DNA of 64,000 nucleotides from a virus (lineage: Duplodnaviria > Caudoviricetes), in the IMG/VR virus record IMGVR_UViG_2687453341_000008; one strand, written 5' to 3'. A program made the translations under genes and the position numbers. Below are positions 29,110 through 37,099 of the stretch, one piece after another (position 1 is the first letter of the stretch; the number at the start of each line of letters is the position of its first letter). The notes under the pieces were generated by a model. The model saw only the letters and a list, made by a program, of their open reading frames with translations. It searched no databases and had not been told where the DNA came from.

Positions 29110-29631
29110 TCAGGACGCGACGGGCTCGAACCGCCTAGGGATCATCAGCAGGGTCATCAAAGCATCAAGCTCCCCAGCCGACTCAAATTCCGGCAACGCA
29201 ATGCTGGTTCCGTCCTCGGCTTGTAACGAGAAGTTTCTCCCGACACACGCGATCCGAAGCCCCATAGGATTCGGCTTGGATTTCGCCGTCACAACTGTGT
29301 TGGCGTCGTCCGCGGCAAGGTCGACATCGAACTCTTCGAAGTTCATTTCCAGCCAGCTATCATCGAGATCCCGATACTCCATAGGAGCGATCGGCTTCAA
29401 TCTCGCATGCTGTTCAAGTTCAGCGAGCATCGAAAGCGCGTCCATCTCGACATGGGCAAAGACTTCGCACGCAAACCCAGTCCATTCGACTTTGGTTTTT
29501 GCATATTCGATCACGCAGCTTTTGCGGCTCGGCTTCTTAACCGGCACGAGCACTCGATCTACGCCGTCTCGGACGCAATAGCGTTTGCCGCCGAACTCGC
29601 CACCAACAAAGAAATACGACCGCATCCTCAA
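29110..29631 (-). CDS. Hypothetical phage protein
   Basis: Co-oriented, coupled to the upstream ORF. Confidence 0.6.
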   Translation of the reverse strand: MRMRSYFFVGGEFGGKRYCVRDGVDRVLVPVKKPSRKSCVIEYAKTKVEWTGFACEVFAHVEMDALSMLAELEQHARLKPIAPMEYRDLDDSWLEMNFEEFDVDLAADDANTVVTAKSKPNPMGLRIACVGRNFSLQAEDGTSIALPEFESAGELDALMTLLMIPRRFEPVAS

Positions 29632-29822
29632 TCACCATACTTTCGAACTATTTGCTTGGCGACCGACCGCTGCTTTTCGGTCATCGTCACCTTGTTTTTG
29701 AAAAGAACCGACTCAATAAACTGAGCCTCCCATCGCGTCACGCACTGAGCGTGCTCATCGACATCTTTAAGAACCGCACGCAGCTCCTCGTCGGAGGCTT
29801 TTTCCAACCAATCGAGACTCAT
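29628..29822 (-). CDS. Hypothetical phage protein
   Basis: TRWEAQFIESV...MTEKQ motif typical of small phage proteins. Confidence 0.55.
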   Translation of the reverse strand: MSLDWLEKASDEELRAVLKDVDEHAQCVTRWEAQFIESVLFKNKVTMTEKQRSVAKQIVRKYGD

Positions 29823-30006
29823 CCTTGCTAATCTCCCTGACCAAATCGAGATCGTTTTCGCTAAAAGAAAACTGGCCGTTGTCGCGATAGGTCCACTCGC
29901 CAACCGACCAATGAAACGGAGCGGTCTTTGTACCGGTCAGCATCTCGGCCGGTCCAACCGCTTTCCCGTCGCGCCGCACGTAGAACCTTCCTTCAACTAG
30001 CAGCAT
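29767..30006 (-). CDS. Hypothetical phage protein
   Basis: G.FY.RRDG..VGP...DLV.E pattern. Confidence 0.55.
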   Translation of the reverse strand: MLLVEGRFYVRRDGKAVGPAEMLTGTKTAPFHWSVGEWTYRDNGQFSFSENDLDLVREISKDESRLVGKSLRRGAACGS

Positions 30007-30286
30007 TTTGTGTTTCTTCCTTAGGCAGAGACAGCACGTCCGCGATGGGCTCCACAGCCGCGATCACTTGCTTGAGCTTCTCAACGGCTTCGTCTATTCG
30101 ATCTCGGTTCTTAGAGAGCTCTGCTTGCCTGATGAACAGAAGATGAACGTCCGCCTGGACCCCTACCGGGACAGGTCCTTTTTCGTACTTGTTTCCTGTC
30201 ACTATCATGGCCCACTCTTCGCGGGACATCCGAACGATCAAGTCATCATTCCCATACGTTTTTGGGACCTTCCCGATTACATTCAT
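29993..30286 (-). CDS. Hypothetical phage protein
   Basis: TAAGGAG RBS downstream of a promoter motif. Confidence 0.65.
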   Translation of the reverse strand: MNVIGKVPKTYGNDDLIVRMSREEWAMIVTGNKYEKGPVPVGVQADVHLLFIRQAELSKNRDRIDEAVEKLKQVIAAVEPIADVLSLPKEETQNAAS

Positions 30287-30320
30287 GCCGAACTCCTTAT
30301 GTGAGGCTTGTCACACAAAA

Positions 30321-30348
30321 AGGCCGGAAACGCGATCGATTTGTTTCA
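30321..30348 (-). promoter_or_regulatory. ECF-like promoter
   Basis: TGAAAC-AAATCG..-CCGGCCTTTT, N15, intergenic. Confidence 0.75.
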
Positions 30349-30453
30349 CGGGAATCGGCCGCAGGAAAGAAATTTGCTGAGAATCAGCAAAGAACGCCAT
30401 CGGACGACGGCAGCGACCGTTGACTAACGACCACCGCGAGGGCCATAAGTCCG

Positions 30454-30744
30454 CTATTTTGGAGCAGCCTCGCCCTCAGCCGTCTCGATCACTTCGATCT
30501 GTACTGGCATCAGCACGTCGCTTGCATCGACCAGCCGCACGCCGGAGCACTGATCGATCTCGAAACGCCGCGGAGTCTCCCGGCATAAGCACAACGCGAG
30601 AATCGCATTCCCCTTGAGCCACTTGATCGGACTCACCACCCTCTCAGTGAGAGTCCCCTGCTTGTCCCGATACTTCATCCGAATTACGAAAGACTCCGGG
30701 GCCAACATCGCCTTGTTCACAGCGATCATTTCTTTTGGGACCAT
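30454..30744 (-). CDS. Stand-alone WYL domain protein
   Basis: IRMKYRDKQG.LTERVVSPI...ALCLCRE.PRRF. Confidence 0.75.
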   Translation of the reverse strand: MVPKEMIAVNKAMLAPESFVIRMKYRDKQGTLTERVVSPIKWLKGNAILALCLCRETPRRFEIDQCSGVRLVDASDVLMPVQIEVIETAEGEAAPK

Positions 30745-30919
30745 TGGACGGCTGCCCTTTCGATGTGAGATGCCACCCGTTACACCGATCGCAGTGGTAA
30801 GAACGAACCGGACATCGGTCCCGGGTCGAACTTTGCTGTAAACACTGGACTGCACGAACCGCGCTCTTGTGGTCTTTGAACCGTCGCTTCTTGCACCAGT
30901 GCCGATCTCGCATGTTCAT
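30644..30919 (-). CDS. Small zinc-finger phage protein
   Basis: C.K.RF...RSYHCDRCNGWHLTS. Confidence 0.6.
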   Translation of the reverse strand: MNMRDRHWCKKRRFKDHKSAVRAVQCLQQSSTRDRCPVRSYHCDRCNGWHLTSKGQPSNGPKRNDRCEQGDVGPGVFRNSDEVSGQAGDSH

Positions 30920-31187
30920 TCCCTCGCCACGGGTCGAGCCTCCAAAACGTTCCTTCTCCATCTACCATCGCAATCGACGAATATCCGACAGTCACCCCCA
31001 GCGGTACAAGCCAGTCCAGATCAGCCACCTCGTACCGCACGAACCGCTCTCGCCTGAGGACATACACCAACCCGTCGCGGACGATCCATTGGTAGAGGTC
31101 TTTTTCTAGGACCTCTCGAGTCAGTTCCCTGATGGAGCCATTGGACCTGACGCCGATCACCTTCACGTTTATCCCGAGCATTGACAT
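30780..31187 (-). CDS. Hypothetical protein
   Basis: AAGGA RBS; 3' part overlaps the next ORF. Confidence 0.45.
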   Translation of the reverse strand: MSMLGINVKVIGVRSNGSIRELTREVLEKDLYQWIVRDGLVYVLRRERFVRYEVADLDWLVPLGVTVGYSSIAMVDGEGTFWRLDPWRGNEHARSALVQEATVQRPQERGSCSPVFTAKFDPGPMSGSFLPLRSV

Positions 31188-31219
31188 TCCTTTCGCTTCG
31201 CGATTTCCGTCAGCAGAAA

Positions 31220-32167
31220 CTACACACCAGCTACGACACGATCCCTCTTCACCTGAGCGTCCACCTTAGACATCCATGCGTGCATCGCCGCCGTATCCAT
31301 CCCATCGAAGTGGATCCACGGCTTTCCCTGAGCAACACCCTGACGATATAGGCCGATGCGATCGAACACGTTTCCAGTCTCACACGACTTGGAAAGCATC
31401 GTGTAACATTCAAGCAGCATGTCCGAATAGAACCGTCCTCTGCAGATAGACTCGACCTGCCCCCAGAAGGCTTGATCGAGCGGGTTGATCTTCCCTCGCT
31501 CGAGCACCTCCACAATCTCGGCAGCCATCTCCCTGGACAGCGATGCGTACGTCCCCATCACTTGATCCCACTCAAAGCATTCCACGCCCTGCAAAAGCGC
31601 CGTACACGTTCGCTCTTTTTCCTTCTCCCAGTCCGTTGGCTTGTAATCGTCAACGCTCAGCGAGCAATAACACAGCCCGCGACGTCGGTCCAAGGATTCT
31701 CTTGGATCTCGGAGAAGATTCCATTTCGCGTAGTACATCCATTCGTAGTCGGACTGGATGAACGCTTTCAGCGCGGCGTAAATAGCCAACGTCCCCACGT
31801 ACCACCGCGTTGCCGGTCTTGGGGCTGCCACGTCGTAGATCATCTTCATCACGGGATTCTCGTCGCCAATCGTCACAACGTCCCCAGCGAACCACCTTCG
31901 ATTCCAAGCTACTGTTTTCTTGGCGCTCTCCAGATCGTCGCTGCCAAGCCCTGCAGTACCGACATACAGCACTGCTTTCGCACCCGAGAGATCTCTTCCG
32001 CTGCTAAGCTCTGGAGCACCCCCCGTCCCATGAGCGCAAATTTGCGCTAACGGGACCGACTCCAGGTCCTCAAGCCGCCGCTCGATCCTTTGATGGCTGA
32101 ACCAATCCCAAATCAGATGGATCACCAAAGTGATCAGCAAGGTCAGCGTCGCAAGCTCAAACTGCAT
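31220..32167 (-). CDS. Membrane-anchored protein, possible degenerate GT-A glycosyltransferase
   Basis: N-terminal TM helix; SDYEWMYY, DQ and IHF.G resemble GT34/GT8, but no DxD. Confidence 0.4.
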   Translation of the reverse strand: MQFELATLTLLITLVIHLIWDWFSHQRIERRLEDLESVPLAQICAHGTGGAPELSSGRDLSGAKAVLYVGTAGLGSDDLESAKKTVAWNRRWFAGDVVTIGDENPVMKMIYDVAAPRPATRWYVGTLAIYAALKAFIQSDYEWMYYAKWNLLRDPRESLDRRRGLCYCSLSVDDYKPTDWEKEKERTCTALLQGVECFEWDQVMGTYASLSREMAAEIVEVLERGKINPLDQAFWGQVESICRGRFYSDMLLECYTMLSKSCETGNVFDRIGLYRQGVAQGKPWIHFDGMDTAAMHAWMSKVDAQVKRDRVVAGV

Positions 32168-32543
32168 TTGTTGCCATCTCTTGACACGTCGCGAGAAACG
32201 GGACCGGGCGATACAGCCCTTCGAGCTGCTCAAGTAGTTCGCTATCGAGTTTGTTTCGGAAGCCTGGCACAAAGGCCGACGCGAGAATGAGCATTTCGCT
32301 GCAACGGATCGCGTACCCGAGTACTGTTTCGTCCCCGTCGTCATGGCAGACACCGAGTCCCCACATCTGCCCTGGCTTATGCCGGTAGATGAAGAACCGC
32401 TTGTCGCATTTCAGTTCGAACACATCGGTGAATGGCCCGAGACGATTCGCAAATCGCTTGAGCCAGTCCACGAACACGTATTCGTCAAGATCGGCCGACC
32501 CAGGATTGGGATCGACATCGGCAGGATCGTAATGTCGACGCAT
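32157..32543 (-). CDS. Hypothetical phage protein
   Basis: GAGGAG RBS downstream of a promoter motif. Confidence 0.6.
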   Translation of the reverse strand: MRRHYDPADVDPNPGSADLDEYVFVDWLKRFANRLGPFTDVFELKCDKRFFIYRHKPGQMWGLGVCHDDGDETVLGYAIRCSEMLILASAFVPGFRNKLDSELLEQLEGLYRPVPFLATCQEMATNAV

Positions 32544-32588
32544 AATGAAATCTCCTCGCGGATGGATTGGTTTGAATAGGACTCCCAA

Positions 32589-33140
32589 CTAGGCCGAACA
32601 CTCGACAGTTTTGTCGAGCGATTGTTTCAGCCACTCGAGGTTCGCATCGATCCCTTCGACGTAGGCATCCCACGCGGCGATCACTTCTGGAGAATCGGCT
32701 TCGAAACACTTCTTCTCAGCGCCGATCGTGTAGTGGTAAGCCTCACGGCGAACATAGCCGGAGAAAGGAGTCTCGAGCAACCAACGCGATTCGCCATTCG
32801 CCGCTTGGAAGTAAACCCCGCGACTGGTCACTGCGAGCCACTCGACATCGCGTTCCACCGCACCACCGGTGACCACGAAACATCCGCCCTCTTTGTGGTA
32901 CACCGACTTCTTGGGAGCGCACCACACCCCGTTCTTGTTGGTTGTCGTCTTGCAGGTTCGCCACCCGTGCTTGGCATGGCGTTCGACCGCCAGTTCACAC
33001 CGCCCCCGATTGCGTCCGCCGATGGGATAATTCTCGATCGTAGCCACGGGATGAACGTCAAGCGTCTTGATCACTTCCATCGCAGAAGCGATTGCCGTTT
33101 TGATTTCATCGATCGTGAGCTTGCAGGTTGTGTTCGTCAT
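32589..33140 (-). CDS. Hypothetical phage protein
   Basis: AAGGTGA RBS; ENYPIG...W..PKKS.Y. Confidence 0.65.
   Translation of the reverse strand: MTNTTCKLTIDEIKTAIASAMEVIKTLDVHPVATIENYPIGGRNRGRCELAVERHAKHGWRTCKTTTNKNGVWCAPKKSVYHKEGGCFVVTGGAVERDVEWLAVTSRGVYFQAANGESRWLLETPFSGYVRREAYHYTIGAEKKCFEADSPEVIAAWDAYVEGIDANLEWLKQSLDKTVECSA
32591..32618 (-). promoter_or_regulatory. ECF-like promoter (weaker)
   Basis: CTCGAC-AAAAC..-TCGGCCTAGTTGG. Confidence 0.5.
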
Positions 33141-33182
33141 GGAATCACCTTCGTTTGAGTGTTGAATTGGATCTATCAAGAA

Positions 33183-33210
33183 AGGCCGGAAACTCGGCCA
33201 ATTCATCGCA
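33183..33210 (-). promoter_or_regulatory. ECF-like promoter
   Basis: TGCGAT-GAATTG..-CCGGCCTTTC, N15. Confidence 0.65.
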
Positions 33211-33460
33211 GCAAAGGCGATTCGTTTTTGGTTTTTGTTTTCAAGTCCCAGTGCACCCCGCGGATGCCAAAGCCCGACACGGTCTCGCCGTTGGCAACTT
33301 CTGACACCCCATTCACGTGGATGCAGTCATTGCAAAGCCCGTAGCCAGCATCCCGGTTCCACCACTGGCGACCCAGCGTGCTGCCACCGCAGCAACAACA
33401 CCTAAGGTTTCGTATCGGCCGCCGCACTTCGCTGTTCCGCTTATCCATTGGCCAGCTCAT
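33203..33460 (-). CDS. Small Cys-rich phage protein
   Basis: CCCCG...GRQWWNRD.GYGLC..C...GIRGVHW. Confidence 0.6.
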   Translation of the reverse strand: MSWPMDKRNSEVRRPIRNLRCCCCGGSTLGRQWWNRDAGYGLCNDCIHVNGVSEVANGETVSGFGIRGVHWDLKTKTKNESPLLR

Positions 33461-33806
33461 TGCGATATTCCCCGTGTTGGTAGTGCTCCAGGTAAGCCTC
33501 GACTTTTTCCCAGACATCGTCCGGAACGACGAATGTCCCGTCATCGATGAACACAGCCCCAAAAGACGCATCTCGGTCCAAGTACTTGTTGAGAAGCAAA
33601 GCCGGCAGCCGGTTGTCGCAAGCCTGTATCCACTCCGACACCAACCGCTCGAACTCTTCGAGGCAAGCACGGGTGCTAAAGAACGTACTCGTCGCAACTT
33701 CTTCATCAGACGTAATACGCCAGCCCCAGTAGCTCAAAGGCTTGTTGCCATCCCAGAATATCCGCTCTTCGACGAGATAAATGTTTGGAACTCGATTGAC
33801 GCCCAT
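33441..33806 (-). CDS. Hypothetical phage protein
   Basis: Co-oriented, starts 1 bp after the upstream stop. Confidence 0.55.
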   Translation of the reverse strand: MGVNRVPNIYLVEERIFWDGNKPLSYWGWRITSDEEVATSTFFSTRACLEEFERLVSEWIQACDNRLPALLLNKYLDRDASFGAVFIDDGTFVVPDDVWEKVEAYLEHYQHGEYRNELANG

Positions 33807-33807
33807 G

Positions 33808-34080
33808 TTAGTGCGCTGCCTCCCAGGCTCTCTTGCTCCCGTAACAGATCTGACCGCCTTCGACGATGTAAACCATGTTTTCGACTTCATCATCCGATTC
33901 ATCGTCCTCATAGTCTTCATCGTCCTCATCGCATGCTTCGTTCATTTCCTCAGCGGAGACGAGCCCCACGATGCGATTTTCGAACGGCCACTTCTCTTGG
34001 GTCATGAGACGCACTTCGACTTCTCCGCCCATTGCGTCTCGATACTCGGTAAGCCTCTCTATCAACTGATCGACTGTCAT
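33808..34080 (-). CDS. Highly acidic small protein
   Basis: About 27 of 90 residues are D/E; GAGG RBS. Confidence 0.7.
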   Translation of the reverse strand: MTVDQLIERLTEYRDAMGGEVEVRLMTQEKWPFENRIVGLVSAEEMNEACDEDDEDYEDDESDDEVENMVYIVEGGQICYGSKRAWEAAH

Positions 34081-34201
34081 GATTGCCTCTTTGGGAAGTG
34101 GATTCTTTGAACGTCTGCCGTCTTACAAAGAAATGAGCCCGACACACGCGATGTTTGAACGAGTGGCATGCGGTTTTTTCAAACCCTTTTTGCACTTCCC
34201 C

Positions 34202-34882
34202 TCAGCTTGCGTGAAACAGCTCCCGTGCCAGATCTGTTGCGCCTTCTTCCTCTGGAGCTTCTTCGTTGAGAAGCTCCAGCACATCGCGCAGCAACCGAAA
34301 GCAACCTTGTGCGTTGCAGTTCTTGCGGACTCCAGCGCGATGGACCGTGATCCACTCGACATTCGTCGCCGCCCCCGCCGTCCTCGGGTGCACTTGGATA
34401 CCAATGTGCCTTGCAAGATTGACCAACTCGCGACCCGAGATGTTCTGACCGCTCTTGGTCCGCGTGGCGATCTCGTCCATCAGCCCCGCATAGTAGGCTT
34501 CTTGCTGCTCTCGATCCCGCTTAGCTTCCGCCTCACGTTCGGCCCGCTCTTTTTCCTGTTGCTGACTGACCCATTCAGGACCGATGTACGCTATGAGAAA
34601 CTCCCTGGTCGCTTTGACGCCTGGGGGCAACTGGAGCCCTGTCAGCTTCTGAAACATCTCGCGAGAGCATCGATTGTCCGGCCGGAATGTTCCGTTCCAC
34701 ATGCGAAGGTAAAGCGACTCTTTGTCAGCGATTTCCTCGATCAACTGGAGCCCTAGCTTTCGCAGACGTTCGTGATTCCCGATTTCCTCCTCTTGCGTCA
34801 CGGGACCAGCAGGTCGCGTCTTTCGAATTTGCAACATGATCCCATCAACGTACTCCTCGACTAGCTTTTGCTTGTCGACCAT
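34202..34882 (-). CDS. Hypothetical phage protein
   Basis: 226-aa co-oriented ORF with a coiled-coil middle. Confidence 0.65.
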   Translation of the reverse strand: MVDKQKLVEEYVDGIMLQIRKTRPAGPVTQEEEIGNHERLRKLGLQLIEEIADKESLYLRMWNGTFRPDNRCSREMFQKLTGLQLPPGVKATREFLIAYIGPEWVSQQQEKERAEREAEAKRDREQQEAYYAGLMDEIATRTKSGQNISGRELVNLARHIGIQVHPRTAGAATNVEWITVHRAGVRKNCNAQGCFRLLRDVLELLNEEAPEEEGATDLARELFHAS

Positions 34883-34904
34883 TCTTCACCGCCCTTTCAA
34901 GGCA

Positions 34905-35183
34905 TTACGCCATATTGATGAACTTCAACCCAAGCCTCTTACAGGCTTCTCGCACCATCTCGTTGATCTTGAGGTAGTGCTCGCTTTTCTTGCCGACGAA
35001 CACGTCTCCGATCGGAACCGGATCGTTATCCCCGCTCCAATCGACTTGGCCGATGGCACAGAAGCCTTGCTTCTTGCAAGCTGGCCACGCATGCAACGCC
35101 ACCGGAAGTTCGCTTCGCAATCGGAACCAGTGACGATTGAGCTTCGCTTCGATCATGTCGACATCAACGTGCATCGCACTCAT
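34905..35183 (-). CDS. Hypothetical phage protein
   Basis: GGAGG upstream of ATG. Confidence 0.5.
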   Translation of the reverse strand: MSAMHVDVDMIEAKLNRHWFRLRSELPVALHAWPACKKQGFCAIGQVDWSGDNDPVPIGDVFVGKKSEHYLKINEMVREACKRLGLKFINMA

Positions 35184-35637
35184 CCTCCCAGACGATCTTG
35201 CCACTCTTGTAGAAGCCGATCCTAGCGCCCACTTCTCGCCATCCGTCGACATATTTCTTGATGGACACGAAGTCCAATGCACCTGGCTTCGACCGCGATT
35301 GGGATTTGTGAAGCGTCAACAGTGCACCGTACTCGTTCCCACCTTCGGAGAGCGCTCCCGCCATCACCGATGACACCTCGGGCAGATCCTCGGTCTCTTC
35401 GTCTTCGAGATCCACTTGAACGATCGGACCGTTAAATACGTGCCTGAACCCGGCTTTCGTCTTTACGGCTGGACGCTTATCAATTACCGGAGTTCCGTCC
35501 GGATACTCTTTGCCATCCTCTGGCTCGGCAGCGTGCGGTCGTTCCGGCGAACCGTACCCGGTGGATCGGCACCCGCCGCCCCACTCGACGCTATCGCCAC
35601 CTGCTCCGAAACAAACCAGCTTGGCGACATACTTCAT
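35164..35637 (-). CDS. Hypothetical phage protein
   Basis: Co-oriented ORF downstream of a promoter motif; start may be GTG ~35649. Confidence 0.55.
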   Translation of the reverse strand: MKYVAKLVCFGAGGDSVEWGGGCRSTGYGSPERPHAAEPEDGKEYPDGTPVIDKRPAVKTKAGFRHVFNGPIVQVDLEDEETEDLPEVSSVMAGALSEGGNEYGALLTLHKSQSRSKPGALDFVSIKKYVDGWREVGARIGFYKSGKIVWEDECDAR

Positions 35638-35693
35638 TTGACTTGCCACGACTCGAACCTCATTGAATCTTGTGAATGGAACGTGCTCTCGGC

Positions 35694-35900
35694 TTAGGAT
35701 CCGATCACTACAACTTGTAAGGCCGGAACATCGGGTGCTTTGGTGCAATACACAACCGAACCATCGCGACGATGCGGCGGGTACACGGTCGAAAAGACCA
35801 TCTCCCATCCACGCTTGCAGGCATCCTCCACCGACTTGGCCTCCACCGTGCACCTAGAAAAAAAGCCGCTTGGCATGGCGAATTGAACATCGAACTTCAT
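35694..35900 (-). CDS. Hypothetical small protein
   Basis: GGAG RBS; VEAKSVEDA motif. Confidence 0.5.
   Translation of the reverse strand: MKFDVQFAMPSGFFSRCTVEAKSVEDACKRGWEMVFSTVYPPHRRDGSVVYCTKAPDVPALQVVVIGS
35720..35747 (-). promoter_or_regulatory. ECF-like promoter
   Basis: TGCACC-AAAG..-CCGGCCTT, N15, in the 3' end of the preceding ORF. Confidence 0.65.
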
Positions 35901-35913
35901 CGCAAAACTCCGG

Positions 35914-36216
35914 TTAGATATAGAGCCACCCAACTGCATCAACATCTGGCTCGCCATCGCCCACGAATGTGACAATGACGCGAACCGACTTCCCACCGAG
36001 CTTGTACTGAACCTTCCGGCCAACAACTTTCACACGGCAGGCAACCGATCGGAACACAGCGGAGTCGCACTCCAGCCGCAAAGGAGAGAAACCATCACCT
36101 GGCAACAGTCGCCTCGAGCAACGATTGCAATCCAGCCGAACGAACATGCCGGCTTTGACTTCGAACTCGCAACCGTCAACGAAGTGCACTGAACTGTTTT
36201 CTTGGACTACGCTCAT
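35914..36216 (-). CDS. Hypothetical phage protein
   Basis: GGAG RBS downstream of a promoter motif. Confidence 0.6.
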   Translation of the reverse strand: MSVVQENSSVHFVDGCEFEVKAGMFVRLDCNRCSRRLLPGDGFSPLRLECDSAVFRSVACRVKVVGRKVQYKLGGKSVRVIVTFVGDGEPDVDAVGWLYI

Positions 36217-36254
36217 TTTGTTTCTCCGATGTGTTGTGTTTGCTACACAAGAAA

Positions 36255-36282
36255 AGGCCGGAACGAGCGTCAAGTCGTGCGT
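36255..36282 (-). promoter_or_regulatory. ECF-like promoter (weak -35)
   Basis: TTCCGGCCTTTTC intergenic; ACGCAC at the -35 position. Confidence 0.5.
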
Positions 36283-36296
36283 CTTTTTGTGACTTT

Positions 36297-36809
36297 TTAA
36301 CTGGCTTTGATCATGCGAGCACTGTTGTCCTCGCAGACACCGCTCCCGACGACGAAGAACAAGTAGTCGGCCCCACGCTTGATACGCAGTTGCAGCGAGT
36401 CATGAAACAGTCCAGCTCGATCGCAGTACTGGTTGTTGTTTGCCCCGACCCAGCACATTTGCAACTCATCACCGCACTTCAAGATCTGAATCACCGAGCG
36501 CCACACCTCATCGAACTTAGCACTCGTGATCGAAGAGACACATCGCACGTTGCCAGGCTTGTACCGCCCACCCGAGTAACCACCGAAGTACCGGCACGAT
36601 CCGTAAAGCTCGATCTCGATCGTCGCCTCGCTACCATCGTTGTCCCAGGGGCCATCGCCCCTGCGCTTCTTGCCAAGCGTCATGCGCCCCTTGCTGACGC
36701 TCCCGTCGGTACTTCCGGTCCAGTGAAAGCAAATGCTATCGGCCTGCTTGAACAGGCTGATCAACTTACGATCAACGACGCACTGAACTTTGGTTTGATC
36801 AACGATCAT
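36297..36809 (-). CDS. Hypothetical phage protein
   Basis: First gene of the small-gene array; LKCGDEL...NN....GL.HD.L.L pattern. Confidence 0.6.
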   Translation of the reverse strand: MIVDQTKVQCVVDRKLISLFKQADSICFHWTGSTDGSVSKGRMTLGKKRRGDGPWDNDGSEATIEIELYGSCRYFGGYSGGRYKPGNVRCVSSITSAKFDEVWRSVIQILKCGDELQMCWVGANNNQYCDRAGLFHDSLQLRIKRGADYLFFVVGSGVCEDNSARMIKAS

Positions 36810-36854
36810 GGCTGGAACTTTGGTGTGTGGAGGCAATACCGACTACACCAAGAA

Positions 36855-36884
36855 AGGCCTGGAAAATCAAAAAATTTGCAGCGT
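36855..36884 (-). promoter_or_regulatory. ECF-like promoter (variant)
   Basis: CAAAT...CAGGCCTTTC at the head of the small-gene array. Confidence 0.45.
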
Positions 36885-37099
36885 TTTTGCAATTCGCCGC
36901 TCTAAGGAAATCGATGAATTGCGAACGTAGCCATTGTTCAGCCAGCTTGGAGAACGTGGTTGTGTACTGCCAATCTGGTGAAAGGTTGTCCAGCCTCCTA
37001 AAAGACGTTGCTAAAATGTGGTCGTCGGCCCGAGAAACGCAGAGGCGAACGACTTCGCTTTCGATACCCCTACCGTCCAAACCAAAGGCACAGATCAAC

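Noticed and set aside
36827-37099. N-terminal 91 aa of the 777-aa ORF-track call
   Set aside because: Overlaps a minus-strand promoter region and a plus-strand extended -10; GHKL homology begins after ATG 37100.
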